Shown here one piece after another: positions 12,645-26,339 of a stretch of 64,000 nucleotides of DNA. Under the pieces are notes generated by a model that saw only the letters and a list, made by a program, of their open reading frames with translations, had not been told where the DNA came from and ran no database searches. Positions within the stretch are counted from its first letter, which is position 1, and each line of letters starts with the position of its first letter. The stretch lies in contig NC_091471.1 of assembly GCF_036971445.1 (NCBI RefSeq), positions 249,054,001-249,118,000 on the forward strand, in the 5' to 3' direction. This DNA is from Narcine bancroftii. Taxonomy: Eukaryota. A program made the translations under genes and the position numbers.

Positions 12645-13740
12645 ATTTATTGTCAGAATACATACACATCACATACAACCCTGAAATTCTTTTTCCTGCA
12701 AGTGAGGCAGAATTACCACTTAGCGGTAGTGCAAAATAAAACTGTGCACATATAAACAAATAAAGAAATGTTTAAAAAAAAACTGTGCAATACAGAGAGG
12801 GGTAAAAAACCAATAAAGTGCAAAAGTAAGAGTCCTTAAATGAGTCCCTGATTGAGTTTGTCATTGAGAAGTCTGATGGTGGAGGGGTAGCAGCTGTCCT
12901 GAACCTGGTGGTGTGGGTCTTGTGGCATCCAGACCCATTTCCTGATGCAGCAAGAACAGAGAGTGTGTTGTGTGCTGTAGTTCCTTGATGATCGCTGCTG
13001 CTCTCCGACGGCGGCGCTCCCTGTAGATGTTCTTGATGGTCGGGAGGGTCTTGCCTGTGATGTCCTGACCTGTGTCAACTACATTTTCCAGAGCTTTATG
13101 CTCAGGGGTATTGGTGTCCCCATACCAGATTGTGATGCAGCCTGTCAGCAGACTTCCTGTCATACACCTGTAGAAATTTACCAGGGTTTCTGGTGTCATA
13201 CCAAACCTCCACAAACTACTGAGGAAGTAGAGGCGCTGATGAGCTTTCTTCACGAAACCATTAATGTGTTGGGTTCAGGAAAAATCCTCCTTGATAGTGA
13301 CTCTCAAGAATTTAAATTTGCTCCACCTCTAATTCCACCAATGAATATTGGATCGTACACCTCTGGTTTTCCCATCCTGAAGTCAACAATCAGCTCCTTG
13401 GTTTTCGTGACATTGAGGTTGTTGTTGGTGCACCATTCAGTCAAGTTCTCAATCTTCCTGTATGTTGGCTCATCGCCCCTTTTTATACAACTCACTACCA
13501 TCTTATCAGCGAATTTGTAAATGGTGTTATTGTACCAAGCCGTACACAGGTGTATAGTGAGTAAAGCAGGGGGTAAGAACCCACCCCTGTGATTCTTCAG
13601 TACTGAGGGAGATTATGGAGGAGATGTGCTTCCCAACCCTCACTGATTGTGGTCTGGAGGGGAGGAAATCCAGGATCCAATTACACATTGGGGTGTTGAT
13701 TCCAAAGTCTTGGGAGTTTGCTGATCAATTTTGAGGGGAT
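12645..13740 (-). mobile_element. Rex/Babar-like (CR1-L2 group) LINE 3' fragment
   Basis: NLNVTKTKELIVDFR and KKAHQRLYFL motifs with frameshifts. Confidence 0.8.
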
Positions 13741-13982
13741 CCCCGCTCTCTCCCACTCTCATATGAATGAATCAATTTGTCCCTTTAGGTAAAATTCAAA
13801 AAAATACTGTGTAGTGAAATGGGGCATGATTTTCCCCAGAGAATCTGCAAATATACAAGAACTGAAGAGTTTAAGCCCTGGACTTTACTCTCGCTACTTT
13901 CCATCTGTAATCCCTACTGCTCTCCCAGATTTATGATCATGTATTCACCTAGACTATTTGTTTTACACCTGTACTGGGTTTA

Positions 13983-15426
13983 TCTTGGTGTGAGCTTGCA
14001 GGCGCCTCAGATTGAAGAGACTGCCATCTGTGCGGTACCGGATGTAAACAGCGTCTTCATTGTTGGGGTCTTTCATGGCTTGGTTCAGCATCATGCTGAA
14101 GAAGATTGAAAAGAGGGTTGGTGCCAGAACACAGCCTTGCTTCACGCCATTGTTAATGGAGAAGGGTTCAGAGAGCTCATTGCTGTATCTGACCCGACCT
14201 TGTTGGTTTTCGTGCAGTTGGATAATCATGTTGAGGAACTTTGGGGGACATCCGACGCGCTCTAGTATTTGCCAAAGCCCTTTCCTGCTCACGGTGTCGA
14301 AGGCTTTGGTGAGGTCAACAAAGGTGATGTAGAGTCCTTTGTTTTGTTCTCTGCACTTTTCTTGGAGCTGTCTGAGGGCAAAGCTCACACCAAGACACAA
14401 GAGAAACTTGTCCGTGAACTACTCTTTGCAGATGATGCCGCTTTAGTTGCCCATTCAGAGCCAGCTCTTCAGCGCTTGACGTCCTGCTTTGCGGAAACTG
14501 CCAAAATGTTTGGCCTGGAAGTCAGCCTGAAGAAAACTGAGGTCCTCCATCAGCCAGCTCCCCACCATGACTACCAGCCCCCCCACATCTCCATCGGGCA
14601 CACAAAACTCAAAACGGTCAACCAGTTTACCTATCTCGGCTGCACCATTTCATCAGATGCAAGGATCGACAATGAGATAGACAACAGACTCGCCAAGGCA
14701 AATAGCGCCTTTGGAAGACTACACAAAAGAGTCTGGAAAAACAACCAACTGAAAAACCTCACAAAGATAAGCGTATACAGAGCCGTTGTCATACCCACAC
14801 TCCTGTTCGGCTCCGAATCATGGGTCATCTACCGGCACCACCTACGGCTCCTAGAACGCTTCCACCAGCGTTGTCTCCGCTCTATCCTCAACATCCATTG
14901 GAGCGCTTACACCCCTAACGTTGAAGTACTCGAGATGGCAGAGGTCGACAGCATCGAGTCCACGCTGCTGAAGATCCAGCTGCGCTGGATGGGTCACGTC
15001 TCCAGAATGGAGGACCATCGCCTTCCCAAGATCCTGTTATATGGCGAGCTCTCCACTGGCCACCGTGACAGAGGTGCACCAAAGAAAAGGTACAAGGACT
15101 GCCTAAAGAAATCTCTTGGTGCCTGCCACATTGACCACCGCCAGTGGGCTGATAACGCCTCAAACCGTGCATCTTGGCGCCTCACAGTTTGGCGGGCAGC
15201 AACCTCCTTTGAAGAAGACCGCAGAGCCCACCTCACTGACAAAAGGCAAAGGAGGAAAAACCCAACACCCAACCCCAACCAACCAATTTTCCCTTGCAAC
15301 CGCTGCAATCGTGTCTGCCTGTCCCGCATCGGACTTGTCAGCCACAAACGAGCCTGCAGCTGACGTGGACTTTTTACCCCCTCCATAAATCTTCGTCCGC
15401 GAAGCCAAGCCAAAGAAATGAAAGAA
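13983..15426 (+). mobile_element. Young RTE-clade LINE, 5'-truncated, with an inverted 5' segment (13983-~14380)
   Basis: RT motifs FVDLTKAFDTV and GVKQGCVLAP on (-), LLFADD on (+); C-terminal C2H2-like CNRCNRVCLSRIGLVSHKRAC; 13-bp TSD tgtactgggttta at 13970-13982 and 15427-15439. Confidence 0.93.
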
Positions 15427-16190
15427 TGTACTGGGTTTACCTGATTCCCAGCAGTAGTATTTTGGATTGGGATTTGGCTAGTTTGCCACACACTAGACAG
15501 GCTGAATGGAAGAAATGATCTTGTAGTCTGTATGTAGTCTATGAAGTATGGTGTCATACATGAGAGAAATGTCCATGGACTCACCCATTTTGTCCTGACC
15601 ATCAATCACCTCGTTGGACTGATCCCATGAAATTCTCCCCATATTCTCACCCAATTTTCATAATTCTAACACATGCCTACATATTTGATAACCCACCAAC
15701 CTGCTGAGAAATATTCACGTTCTCGTTGATTAAACTCAATCCAAAGTCTAGCACTCTAAATTAGGGAGAAGAGACAGTCTCTCAGATTGAATTAAAGTCA
15801 CAAGGAGAGACTGGATTTGTTTCATGGAGTTAAGAAGGCTTGGGAGTGTACAAACTTCTGTGCATGGACAGGGTAGAGAGTTGTGGACTTTTCCCCCATT
15901 TTATCAATGGTGTTTATAACCAGAGGACAGAGGGGAGTTATTGAGGGGATGGAGTTGGAAATGAGATTATGCTTCCTGAGGGAATTGGGAGATTTGCATT
16001 GTTTAATAAGTATCAATATGACCATTTGAATTATTAAGGCTCAGAAGGTTATGGTCCAAGTTCTGGGAGATGAAATCACTATAGATGAGTACTTGGGTTC
16101 AGCATGAACACAGTGGGACAAAGGGCCTGCTCTGTGCTGAATGTTTCGGAGTGAGTGCAACTGTATCTTATGAGAGTTGGTGCAAAATTG

Positions 16191-16675
16191 TACTGGACAA
16201 CAATTTTTTTCCAAAAGGTTTGCTTCCTGAAAATGTGGATTATAATAGGAAGTTTGATCACATAATGATGCTGACACATTGTGTAAGTTCAACTGATTTT
16301 CGTTTGTACTCAGCATCTGATGCCCCTTATGTCAGTATCCAATGATAGTCGGCCAGCATTGATGGATTCCAGTGGCCCTGATACCGCTTTTCCACACTCG
16401 CAACGTCCTGTGAAACCTTTTACCATTTTCGTCACTGATGGCACCAAGATCAGCAGGGAGGATGTCCAAGTGGAAATTCAGAAAATGAATTTTCAACGAC
16501 ACATTGCACTTCATGCTTGAAGTTGACTTAAAATATGACAGGAAGTCACAAAAATAGGTTATATCTAAAAAAAAGTACATGATAGGAAACTTGAGGTGAA
16601 TTTTGTGATCAGCAGCCCAATATCTATAAAACATGCACAAAAGTGTTCAGGAAGCAAAATCTTCATTATACGGTG
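16191..16675 (-). mobile_element. Chapaev3-like non-autonomous element with transposase C-terminal remnant
   Basis: KIHFLNFHLDILPADLGAISDENGKRFH; same family as 21524-22104. Confidence 0.7.
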
Positions 16676-17074
16676 TTATTGCAGTGGGAGTGAACATAGT
16701 AGAGAATCTGTGAAATTGTACCCCAATGGGTCAGTGTGGGGTAACTGCCCCATGAAAGTTAGTGTCTGTACAAGCACACTTTGGTGGGATTCCATGTCTG
16801 TGAAACTGAACTCCAGTGAGAGTCAGTGTCTTTCTCCAGTGCATCTTAGAGATCAGGATGTCGACATTTCCTGGGAAGTAATCTGGAGCTCCTCGGCTGA
16901 CTGACAGTTCCGCTGTACCTGTGGGGGCTGCTTTGTACTGTGAGAGGTGTAAAATCACAATTCTGGAGAAACTTAGCATTGGGTTCAAGCCCAAAATGTT
17001 GGTTATGTATCTTTATCTTGGCTATATAAAGTAAACACTGAGTTTCTCAATCAGGTGTTTTTACTTCAACCAAT

Positions 17075-17400
17075 GGAGGTCTGCAAGATTCTGAGAGGTA
17101 TAGATAAGGTGGATGGCCAGCACTTTTTTCCCAGGGCAGGAATAGCAAACACAGGAGGACGTCTGTACAAAGTGAAGGGAGGAAAGTTTAGGGGAGACAT
17201 CAGAGTTATGTTTTTTACAGAGAGTTGTTGGTGCCTGGAATGCCTTGGTGGTAGAGGCTGAAACATGAGGGGCATTTAAGATACTCTTATGGATGAAAGA
17301 AAAATAGAGGGTGATGAGGTAGGAAGGGTTTAGAATTTTTTTTGGAAGGATTATATGAGTCGGCACAACACTGAGGGCCTAAGGGCCTGTAATGTTCTAT
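17075..17400 (+). mobile_element. CR1 LINE 3' fragment
   Basis: EVCKILRGIDKVD..KVKGGKFRGD motif. Confidence 0.75.
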
Positions 17401-18473
17401 GTTCCACAGTGTCTGCAGACTTCTGTGTTTTACTCCATTGTGAGTTATGTATCCCACTTTGCGGTGTCTGCATTTATGCCAAGATTCCCAATCTCTGAAG
17501 CTCAGCGGGTAGTGTGCTCCTCTCATTTGAGTTTCCAGTCCGACTCTCGAGCTGACGTATTATCACGGCCGATGACAGAAACTGCCTGGATGAGGTGACC
17601 CAGTCTGTTCCCTGCTTGATCTACCACATTCACCGGCTGGTCCCCAGGTGAGCCTCCCCCTGCCATCAGTCTGATCAGTCTGCATGTCCTCTTGGCAAAC
17701 AAAGCAGCCCCAACTTCCCTCGCCCTGACGCCCCTGCCTGTCCTGTTTGACCACTTCTCCCCATGTTTCTGACTGAGCCTAGTGTGTTTACAGGGGCTGT
17801 TTCTGAGCTGGATCTCCTACTCCTGCTGCTTCATAAATCTGGACCGGGACAGATTCCTGTCACTTGAACGCACAAGATCCTCGCATACACAGAACCTGCA
17901 ACTACTGACCAATAAACAAAAGCAGTCTGATTTACAGCTATTCAGTATTTATAGATGTTGGTATTTTCCTATAATCAGAATTCTTTCCATTCTTCTGAGT
18001 TTTCCTGCATAGTTGTGGGCAGGCCAAGTTATTCTTGTAGGTTATCGACCAGTGTTATTGATTTTGAATTAGCTGAATGATTGCAGAGCATTGAAGGACT
18101 GTGAGTCTACTGGCAAAACACAACAATTCACTTTATTTGATGAATGCACTTTCCCCGGGGAATGTGAAACGTGGCCTCTGAGGAATCTAAATTTAGATCT
18201 CTTGGTACCACACAAGGCGAGTGTGCATGTGGCCATCAGCCGAGGTCGTGTTTGAAATTGGTGAGGAAGCTGTCCTGGTGTGTGACAAAAGGCTGCCGAC
18301 GCTGTAATTGTAAAATCAATCTCACCTCCTCTTATCATATCTAATTAACACCTTTTGGCTGTTGGTCTGGACTCCTCCCCTTTCCATTCACCACCCCCCC
18401 CCCCCCCCCTTTTCTCTCCCCAGGCTTTAATTCAGATCGCTACCTGCTTTTTTTTTTTGCTTATACCTTAGGG

Positions 18474-18685
18474 CAGGGGTTCCCAAGCTTTTTGTTCCTC
18501 TGGGCATTTTTATAGGTTCCCGTGTACCCCTAAAAATTAAGGATAAAAATAAAACACAACACTGTGCAATCTGACTGCAGATTACAACATCATACAGTAG
18601 TGGTTATTCTCTCAGACCCAATGGACCCCCTGAAAAGTGCAAATGTACCACTGGGGGTACATGTACCCCAGGTTGGGAACCCCTG
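18474..18685. mobile_element. hAT MITE inserted into a Penelope-like terminal repeat
   Basis: TIRs caggggttcccaa / ttgggaacccctg; TSD ccttaggg/ccttaagg. Confidence 0.85.
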
Positions 18686-19659
18686 CCTTAAGGGCTCAGG
18701 CCCGAAAGGTCGATGATATATCTTCATCTTCTCTGGGCACTGTGAGACCGGCTGACTTCCTCCAGCATTTACTGTGTGTTTTGGCTAAGTCCAGGAGTCT
18801 TATTGGAGTTCATTGATCACCTTTGCTCTAACTGAACATTTCCTGACCCATCCTGCATTCCCATTCTTCGCCTTTCTCCCCTCATTTCCTACACAATCCA
18901 ACTCCTTCCTCCCTTCACTCCTCCCTCCATTCGCCTTCCAATCAATTGCCCCTTTCCTCTTCCCCCACATTTTCTTCAGCTCAACATGATTGGGGCCACA
19001 TTTTCATTCCCGGCTGAGAAAATCAGTAACTCTATCAGCTCCAACACCCCTCCAAAAACATCTGCGCTCCTTCATCTCAAACCTAGATCATCCCTGGGGT
19101 CGATCCATTGCCAGCTATGCCTTCAGCACCGTCTGCCTCCCTCCTCAAAAACCCATCTCTTCGAGGATGTTTTTAGTCTTCATAGAATATCTCTAGGGCA
19201 CAGGAATAAAGAGACATCTTCATGTTGTAGCCCATTACTGGTGGGGATCTGAGTCCTCAAGTAACATTGGACAATGAAGAATTTTCTTCCTGAACATCTT
19301 TCATGGTATTTGGGCTGCTGATCACAAAAATCAGACATTCACACGGAAACAGACCATTTCAGCCCACAAGTCCATGAAGCCCAATTTACACCCAATTAAT
19401 CTACACCCCTGGTATTTTCGAAGGGTTGGAGGAAACTGAAGCCCCTGGAGAAAACCCACACAAATATGGGGAGAACATACAGAGAACATGGGATTCAAAC
19501 CCGGTCCCGATTGCTTGCATTGCAGCAGCGTTGCGTTAACCACTACGCCAACCATGCCTATCGTGTACCGATTGCTTTTTTTAGACATAATACATTTTTG
19601 TAATTTCTTGTCATATTTTAAATCTTTTGGGATGTTGTTCTCTGGTATGGACGTGTTCA

Positions 19660-21125
19660 GTAAGCGACCCTCAAAGGTGAAATTTTGAGAGTGCAGAGTT
19701 TGCATGTTCCTGTCAGGATTAAAGGCAACGTTAACAGGCATAGGGAACCTTGGTTTTCAAGAGATATTGGCCAAGTGAGAGGTGTATAGGCAACAAGGAG
19801 CAAATGAGGTTCTAGAAGAGTATAGAAAATGTAAGAAAAGAACAAAATCAGGAAGGCAAAAAGACATGAGGTTACTTCGGCAGATAATGTGAAGGTAAAC
19901 CTGAAGGGCTTCTACAAGTATGTTAAAAGGATAGTAAGTAAAGGACAAAATTGGTCCCCTAGAAGATCAGAGTGGTCATCTATGTGTGGAGCCTAATGAG
20001 ATGGGGGAGATCTAAAACAGTTTTTTTGGATCAGTATTTACTCAGGAAACTGGCATGGTGTATAAGGCAGGGAAACAAGCAGTAGTGGCAGGGAACATGT
20101 AGAGATTAAAGAGGAGATGCTTGCTGTCTTACAAATAAAAGTTCTTAAATCCCCCAGGCCTGGTGTGATATTCCCTCGGACCTTGTGTAGAAATTACAGG
20201 GGGCCAGGTTAGAAACATTTAAAATATCCTTAGTCACAGGTGAGGTGTCAGAGGATTGGAGGGTAGCTCATGTTGTTCCATTGTGTAAAAAAGGCTCCAA
20301 AGGTAAACCAGGGGTTACAGGCCAGTGAGCCTGACATCGTTAGTGGGTAAATTATTGGAGGGTGTTCTGAAAGATAGGATATATCTGGACAGCCAATTAA
20401 GTTTAGTCAGCATAGCTTTGTGTGTGGTAGGTTGTGTTTAATGAATCTTAAGAGAATTTTGAGGAGGTTACCAAAAATGTAGATGAAGGAAAGGCTATGG
20501 ATGTTGTGTACATGGATTTTAGTCAGGCCTGTGACAAGGTCCCAAATTGGAAGTTAGTTCAGAAGGTTCAGACACTAGGCATCCATCAAGAGGTTGTAAA
20601 CTGGATTTGAAATTGGCTGAATGGGAGAAGGTAGTGGTAGTGGATGATTGCTTCTCAGATTGGAGGTCTGTGATTAGTGGTGGGCCTCAGCGATTGTTGT
20701 TTGTTGTCTATATCAGTGATCTGGATGATGTGGGGAATTGGATTAGCAAGTTTGCCGAGGATTAGCAAGATTGGAGGCGTTGTGGACAGTGAGGAAGGCT
20801 TTCAAAGCTTGCAGAGGGATCTGGACCAACTGGAAAAATGGCCCAGAAAATGACAAATGGAAGTTAATGCAGACAAGTGCGAGGTGTGGTATTTTGGAAG
20901 GACAAACCAAGATAGGACATACATAGTAAATGATACGGCACTGCGGAGGAACAAAGGGATGTGGGAATACAGATATATAATTCCCTGTAAGTGGCATCAC
21001 ATGTGGACAGGATTGTGTAGAAAGTTTTTGGCATCTTGGCCTTCATAAATAAAGTATTGAGTACAGGAGTTGGGATGTTGTGGTGAGGTTGTATAACACA
21101 TTGGTGAGGCCAGATTTGAATGTTT
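19660..21125 (+). mobile_element. Decayed CR1 LINE ORF2
   Basis: Remnants of EDWRVAHVVPL, YRPVSLTSLVGKLLE, DVVYMDF, ISKFAED with many frameshifts. Confidence 0.85.
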
Positions 21126-21523
21126 TGGGGAAAATTCAAAGAGACTCCAGAAAGAAATGCAGACTGCCCTCAAAACAAGAGACATCAGAGCAATGGAGAG
21201 ATTGGGGAAATACACTCAATTCAAAGACAAGAGACTTCATAGAAGTTTCAAATCATGAAGGTATAAGATAGGGCAGATGTTGGGATCTGGAGCAAAGAAA
21301 AGTATTACAGGTGGAACTCAACAGGCCAGTCAGCATCTGTGGAGAAACCCAGAGGAACGATGCTTCAGGTCCAGCCTCTTCAGCAAGGTAAATAAATAGC
21401 AAGGCTATACAAGGTGGGCTGAGGTCAGTGAATAAACAGCAGGAATATGTAATTTTCCACCTGCTTGGCCAGTGGAAGCAGGTTTGATAAGAGCTTGCCT
21501 TCAAAAAGTAAATTCATAAATAA

Positions 21524-22104
21524 CACTGGACAATGAAGAACTTGCTTCCTGAATGCTTTTGGTTGTATTTTATGGAATTTGGGCTCCTGATCACAAAAAT
21601 CACCCTAAAATTTCCCCATCGTGTTTCTTTTTTTAGATATAACCTACCTTTGTGATTTCCTGTCATATTTTACTTCAAACATACAAAACCATGAAGTACA
21701 AAGTCATTGAAAATTCATTTTCAGCATTCATACTTGGACGTCTTCCCTGCTGATCTTGGTGCAGTCAGTGACAAACGTGGTGAAAGGTTTCACCAGGACA
21801 CTGCGACCATGGAAATGGAAATCAGGGCAGCTGGAATCCATCAGTGCTGGCCAACTATTCCTGGACACTGACATGAGAGGCATCAGATGCTAAGTACAAA
21901 TGAAAATTGGCGGCAAAACATTTTCAGGTCAGTTGAACCAACTGTCAGCATCATCATACATGCTAAATTCAATAAAAGTTAATGTTTCTCCAATGTGGAT
22001 ACAGCAAGTCTGAAATTATCTTTGTGTTCATCTTGGTTATCTATCACAATCTCCAATTTTTATTCAGCATGCAAACCTTTTGGGAAAAAAATTGATGTCC
22101 AGTG
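21524..22104 (+). mobile_element. Chapaev3-like (CMC) non-autonomous DNA transposon
   Basis: CACTGGACA..TGTCCAGTG termini, TAA target duplication on both sides, internal FPADLGAVSD..GERFHQD..WNPSVLANYSWTL remnant. Confidence 0.8.
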
Positions 22105-22408
22105 TAATCAGAGAAAGATGATTGTAGGAATAAGTGGGATGAATGCTCTGCTGTGCTATGTGATGAAGTTTGTCGTGTCTCCGAAGGGAGATTGTCAATA
22201 ATTAGAGGCTTAATTACCAAGTCTGGTCTCTCGAGTGGGAAATATCAGCTAAATTCCAGGAAGTGTTTGTCTGTTATGCTCTAGGCCCTTATCAGTGAAA
22301 GAACACACAAGAATGTGCCATTGAAAAAAAAGTTCCCATTCCTCAACCTTCGCAGGAAGCTCCTTCAAAAGTAGTGTGGTATGGAATCACCATTCTGGAA
22401 CTGGGCGG

Positions 22409-22440
<32 letters not shown>

Positions 22441-22699
22441 AATAGCCTCTACGTCCTTCAGTATCCTTCACTAAAATAGACTCCAAACACCCCTTATCAT
22501 CGTCTTTGACAGATTTACACCACATTTTGGTGTAAAGAATAATTTCCTGCTGGTTTTAATTTTTGAGGTTGTGCCTATTTGCTTTTTAATTCAATGGACA
22601 GTGTTTTCTGCTAATGTCCGATTTCATCATCCCCTCAACCTGTGCCCCAATAACCACCCAGACTTCCGTGGACTGATGGAATATAAACAGCATAAAGAA

Positions 22700-23330
22700 T
22701 CATCAGAATTTATTGCCATGAAATTTGTTGTTTTGTGGCAGCGTCACGGCGCAGTGGAGGCAGGATCATTGGGGGAATTTAAAGAGGAAATTGATAGGTA
22801 TCTAATTAGTCAGGGTATCATGGGATATGAGAACAAGGTCGGAACTTGGAACTAGATGCGAGAACAGTTTAGCTCAGGGAGGTTTTAAAAAAAGAGCAGA
22901 TTCGAAGGGCCAAATGGCCTGTGAAAATAGTGCAAGAAAAAGAAAAAGTCAAAGTGAGGCCGTGTCTGTGGTTCGTTATTCATTCAGGAATCTGATGGCA
23001 GAGGGGGAAGAAGCCGTCCTTGTGGCACTGAACGTTCATCTTGTATCTTTTTCCCAGCGGAGTGAAGACTGGTGCCCATGATGTCATGGTCCAAGTTAAC
23101 AACCCTCTGGAGTTTTCTCTTGTCCTGCGCGTTGGCACCTCTGTACCAGACAGTGATGCAACCAGCCAGAATGCTCTTCATGGTACAAATGTAGAGGTTT
23201 CAAACCAAATCTCCTCAGACTCCTCACAAAGTATAGCCGCTGGCAGTCTTCTTCGTAATCATATTGACGTGGAGGCTCCAGGACAGTTCCTCCGAGATAT
23301 TGACACCCAGGAGTTTGTTCTTGATCTTCA
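22700..23330 (-). mobile_element. Rex/Babar-like LINE fragment (adjacent CR1 tail)
   Basis: SILAGCITVWY..LQRVVN and LGVNISEELSWS motifs. Confidence 0.65.
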
Positions 23331-24081
23331 CCTGGACAAATTCCTGGAGTGAAGAGATATAGACAAAGAAATTTCCTTTGAGTGATAGGATATAGTTATA
23401 AGGTGTTCCTTGATCAATGGGATATGGAGAGTTGCTTTGCATGATGGGATATGGGTACATTGGTACCTTGGACTGCTCCACATTGGACATTGAGGATGGT
23501 TGAAATTTGGCCAGCTGGTTATTTGGTTCTCAGGTAAACAATGGGGTTTTATTCCAGTTTGCAGACATGTCCATATCCCCAGTTTCTGATGAAATACAGT
23601 ATGTTTCCCCATACCTGAAAAGCTTGGGACTGGACGGTTTTCATTTATTGGGTTTTTTTCGGTTAACGGAACATCTTAAGCAGCCCAGTAGCATCAGCAG
23701 AATTCTTGTATCATCAGTTAAACAACAACAAAAACCATCGGCAGGCTTTTCAAGCATGAAATAATGTTTAATAGGCACCAAAACACAACTGCACCTTAAA
23801 AAAGTTCAGTTAATGAATCATTTCGGTTTAAGGAACTTTGGATAAAGCAAAACGTACTGTATAGGTGGTGTACCCTCCTTATTGATCCAAATGTTCCATG
23901 GGGAGCTGTGAAATTAACAGGGCACTTTAACCTCTTTGGAACAAATTTCCCAGCCTTTCTCAACGCATGGTGCCTTGGGGTTGCTGTGGTATGTACCGAT
24001 ATTGTGGCCTTGTTGCTTCTACTGACAGAAGCACCCTGCATGGAGGATCCACATCAGTTTGTACACCTCTGCTATTTAGAC

Positions 24082-24521
24082 CAGCCCTTCTCAACAGGAG
24101 CCCTACGCAAACACCCCCCCCCCCCCCCCCACACAGGAGCCCCAGCACATTAAGTAAAAGCCTTATTTTTCTCCCCCTCTTGTAATATAAATATGTTTTT
24201 TATGTAGTCAGTAGGAGAGAAGCACACGGAAGAAACCAAAAATTGACTGCTTCATAGGGAAGGGGGCCCATAAACTTTGAGCATGGTCCAAGGGGAGCCC
24301 TAGCCATAAAAAGGTTAGAATAAAACGATACTGTGAGTGAAGTTGCTGGAGAAACTCAGCCGGTCAAACAGTTTATGCAGAAAAGATAATACGTAATGTT
24401 GGTTATGTATCTGTATCTGCCAGAAACATTGGTTATGAATCTTTATCTTTGCTATATAAAGTACACTGTTTGATCTGCTGAGTTTCTCCAGCATTGTGTT
24501 TTTAAAAGGTTGAGATTGACT
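24082..24521. mobile_element. hAT MITE containing an inverted pair of Penelope-like terminal fragments
   Basis: Degenerate TIRs cagcccttctcaac / gttgagattgactg; internal gctggagaaactcag..ctgagtttctccagc inverted repeat. Confidence 0.55.
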
Positions 24522-25546
24522 GGTTTAGAACCACCTCCTAGTATGGATCAAAGAGTTCACAAATAACTCCCATTTTTGAGCTGAGGCTAGATAACTGATC
24601 AGAACAGTGAGAGCAGAAGGCTAATGCCCTCCAGCACTGGGACAGTCAGAGGGAACTAAATTCCAACAGGTGGCCACAGGTGCTCCTGGCCTTCCAATCC
24701 AAAGGCCAAGTGCTGACTGCTTCTACTTTACATCCGCTCCTGGCTCTTTGCTCGGGCTTCCATTGCGGGGAGCTCGTGGGTGGAAATGTTCCCTCTGAAC
24801 CAGAAAGGATGATTTGTGAGGGGATTAGGCTGATGCAGGGTGGTGAGGGATTTACAAGCAGGGAAAATTCAACCAAGCATTTCAGAATGTTGCGAATACC
24901 AAAAGCACCTTGTGTGTGATGGATTGCTGCGGGAAGCATCCTTTTCAGACTGTCCACAAATTCCCTTCTAAGAAAGAGACACTGCTGTGGCACAGAGGCC
25001 AACTTTCCCTCTCCACCTCATCTTCCCCAGTATAGTCTGCAGGTCTCAGTCTAGAACATACTCCTAATGTCAAGTACCTTTGGGATCGGGCTGTCTAGTG
25101 TTGCCACGTGCTTCAATCACCATTCCACACTCAACATTTGTGTCCACTGCTCATGGTGTGTTAGTATCTAATGTCTGGATGACCCGTAGTACAACCGCCA
25201 GGTCAGTCCAGCAACTACATTGGATTGGCAAACAAGAAGTCTGCCCATGCTGGAACAATAGAGGCTGAAGGAAGCAACAGGTAGTCGACGTTACAGTGCA
25301 CTGCCTTGACATTTGTACTTCATGGAAAATATGGAGCTGGATAGTGCTGCGTTTGGGATTAAGAAGGGCAACAAACTAGGAGGTGGGGTGTTGGTGATGA
25401 TTTATCTAGCACGTACGTGAAGGGAAACATGTTCCGAACATAGCTAAAGCAGTGGACAGAGGAATTAGTTAAGCTTCCTTGTTAAGCTGAAGGTGCACAA
25501 AGTAGAGGGAAGCTACAGATAATAAAACTTCCAGTTTGTATGAAAA

Positions 25547-25812
25547 CACTGGACAATTTTTTTTCAAAAGGTTGGCTTCCTGATAAAATTAGGGATTGTG
25601 AGTCAACTTCAAGCTGAACACAAAGCTAATTTCAAATTTGCTGTATCACATGGGAAGTTGGAGAAACATTAAATTAACTTTTATTTAATTTAGCATTCTG
25701 TGTACTCACCACAAATGTAATGGTCATTTTTAAGGTGATTTTTATGATCAGCAGCCCAAAATCCATTAAGATATACCCAAAAGTATTCAGGAAATCTTTA
25801 TTGTCTAATGTA
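25547..25812 (-). mobile_element. Short Chapaev3-like element
   Basis: cactggacaa terminus and family motif gatcagcagcccaaaatcc. Confidence 0.55.
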
Positions 25813-26339
25813 ACCTTTTACTGCAGTGATGAAGTCACAGATTTGAACAGTCTTGGTCGAGTTGCCTCAGCAAATAACGCACCTCAGCCTTTCTGTACCA
25901 GTTGTGGAAGGAGTGAATAACGGGCTCCCGGTCTGCACAGCTGCTTGTTGCAGAGAGAATTCCATTGTGCTCCGGTGTTGTAGGCAATGGAGCAAGGAGG
26001 CTTCTTGCAGCAATCATTGTTGAGCCCCAGATCATTGATTGCAGGGGAACGAGTGAATGTGGTGAGAGGGGATTTGAAGGAGGTCACTGCCTGGCACTTG
26101 TGATTGTTGTTATTGCTTGCTCACTCTGAAGTCCAAGGACGGTTATTGCCTTGGCTATGACTACAAGTGTGCTTGATTTCAGTGGACATGGAACAAAGAG
26201 GAGTAAAACAGGAAAGTCTGCAGACACAGTGGTTGAAGTAAAAAGACAATGCTGGAGAAACTCGTAGGTCAAACAGCATATATATAGCAAAGATAAAGAT
26301 ACATAGACAACGTTTCTGGCCTGAGTCCTTCCTCAAGAT

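Noticed and set aside
14269-15363. 364-aa ORF as an intact gene
   Set aside because: Its N-terminus is the antisense of the inverted RTE segment; a chance fusion at the inversion junction
17500-18350. Repeat-poor stretch with CRE-like and homeobox-like words, possible PSPN promoter or enhancer
   Set aside because: Short motifs are expected by chance; needs conservation or chromatin data
22402-22439. Long poly-G run giving a poly-Pro ORF
   Set aside because: Simple homopolymer, common in this window, with unreliable length
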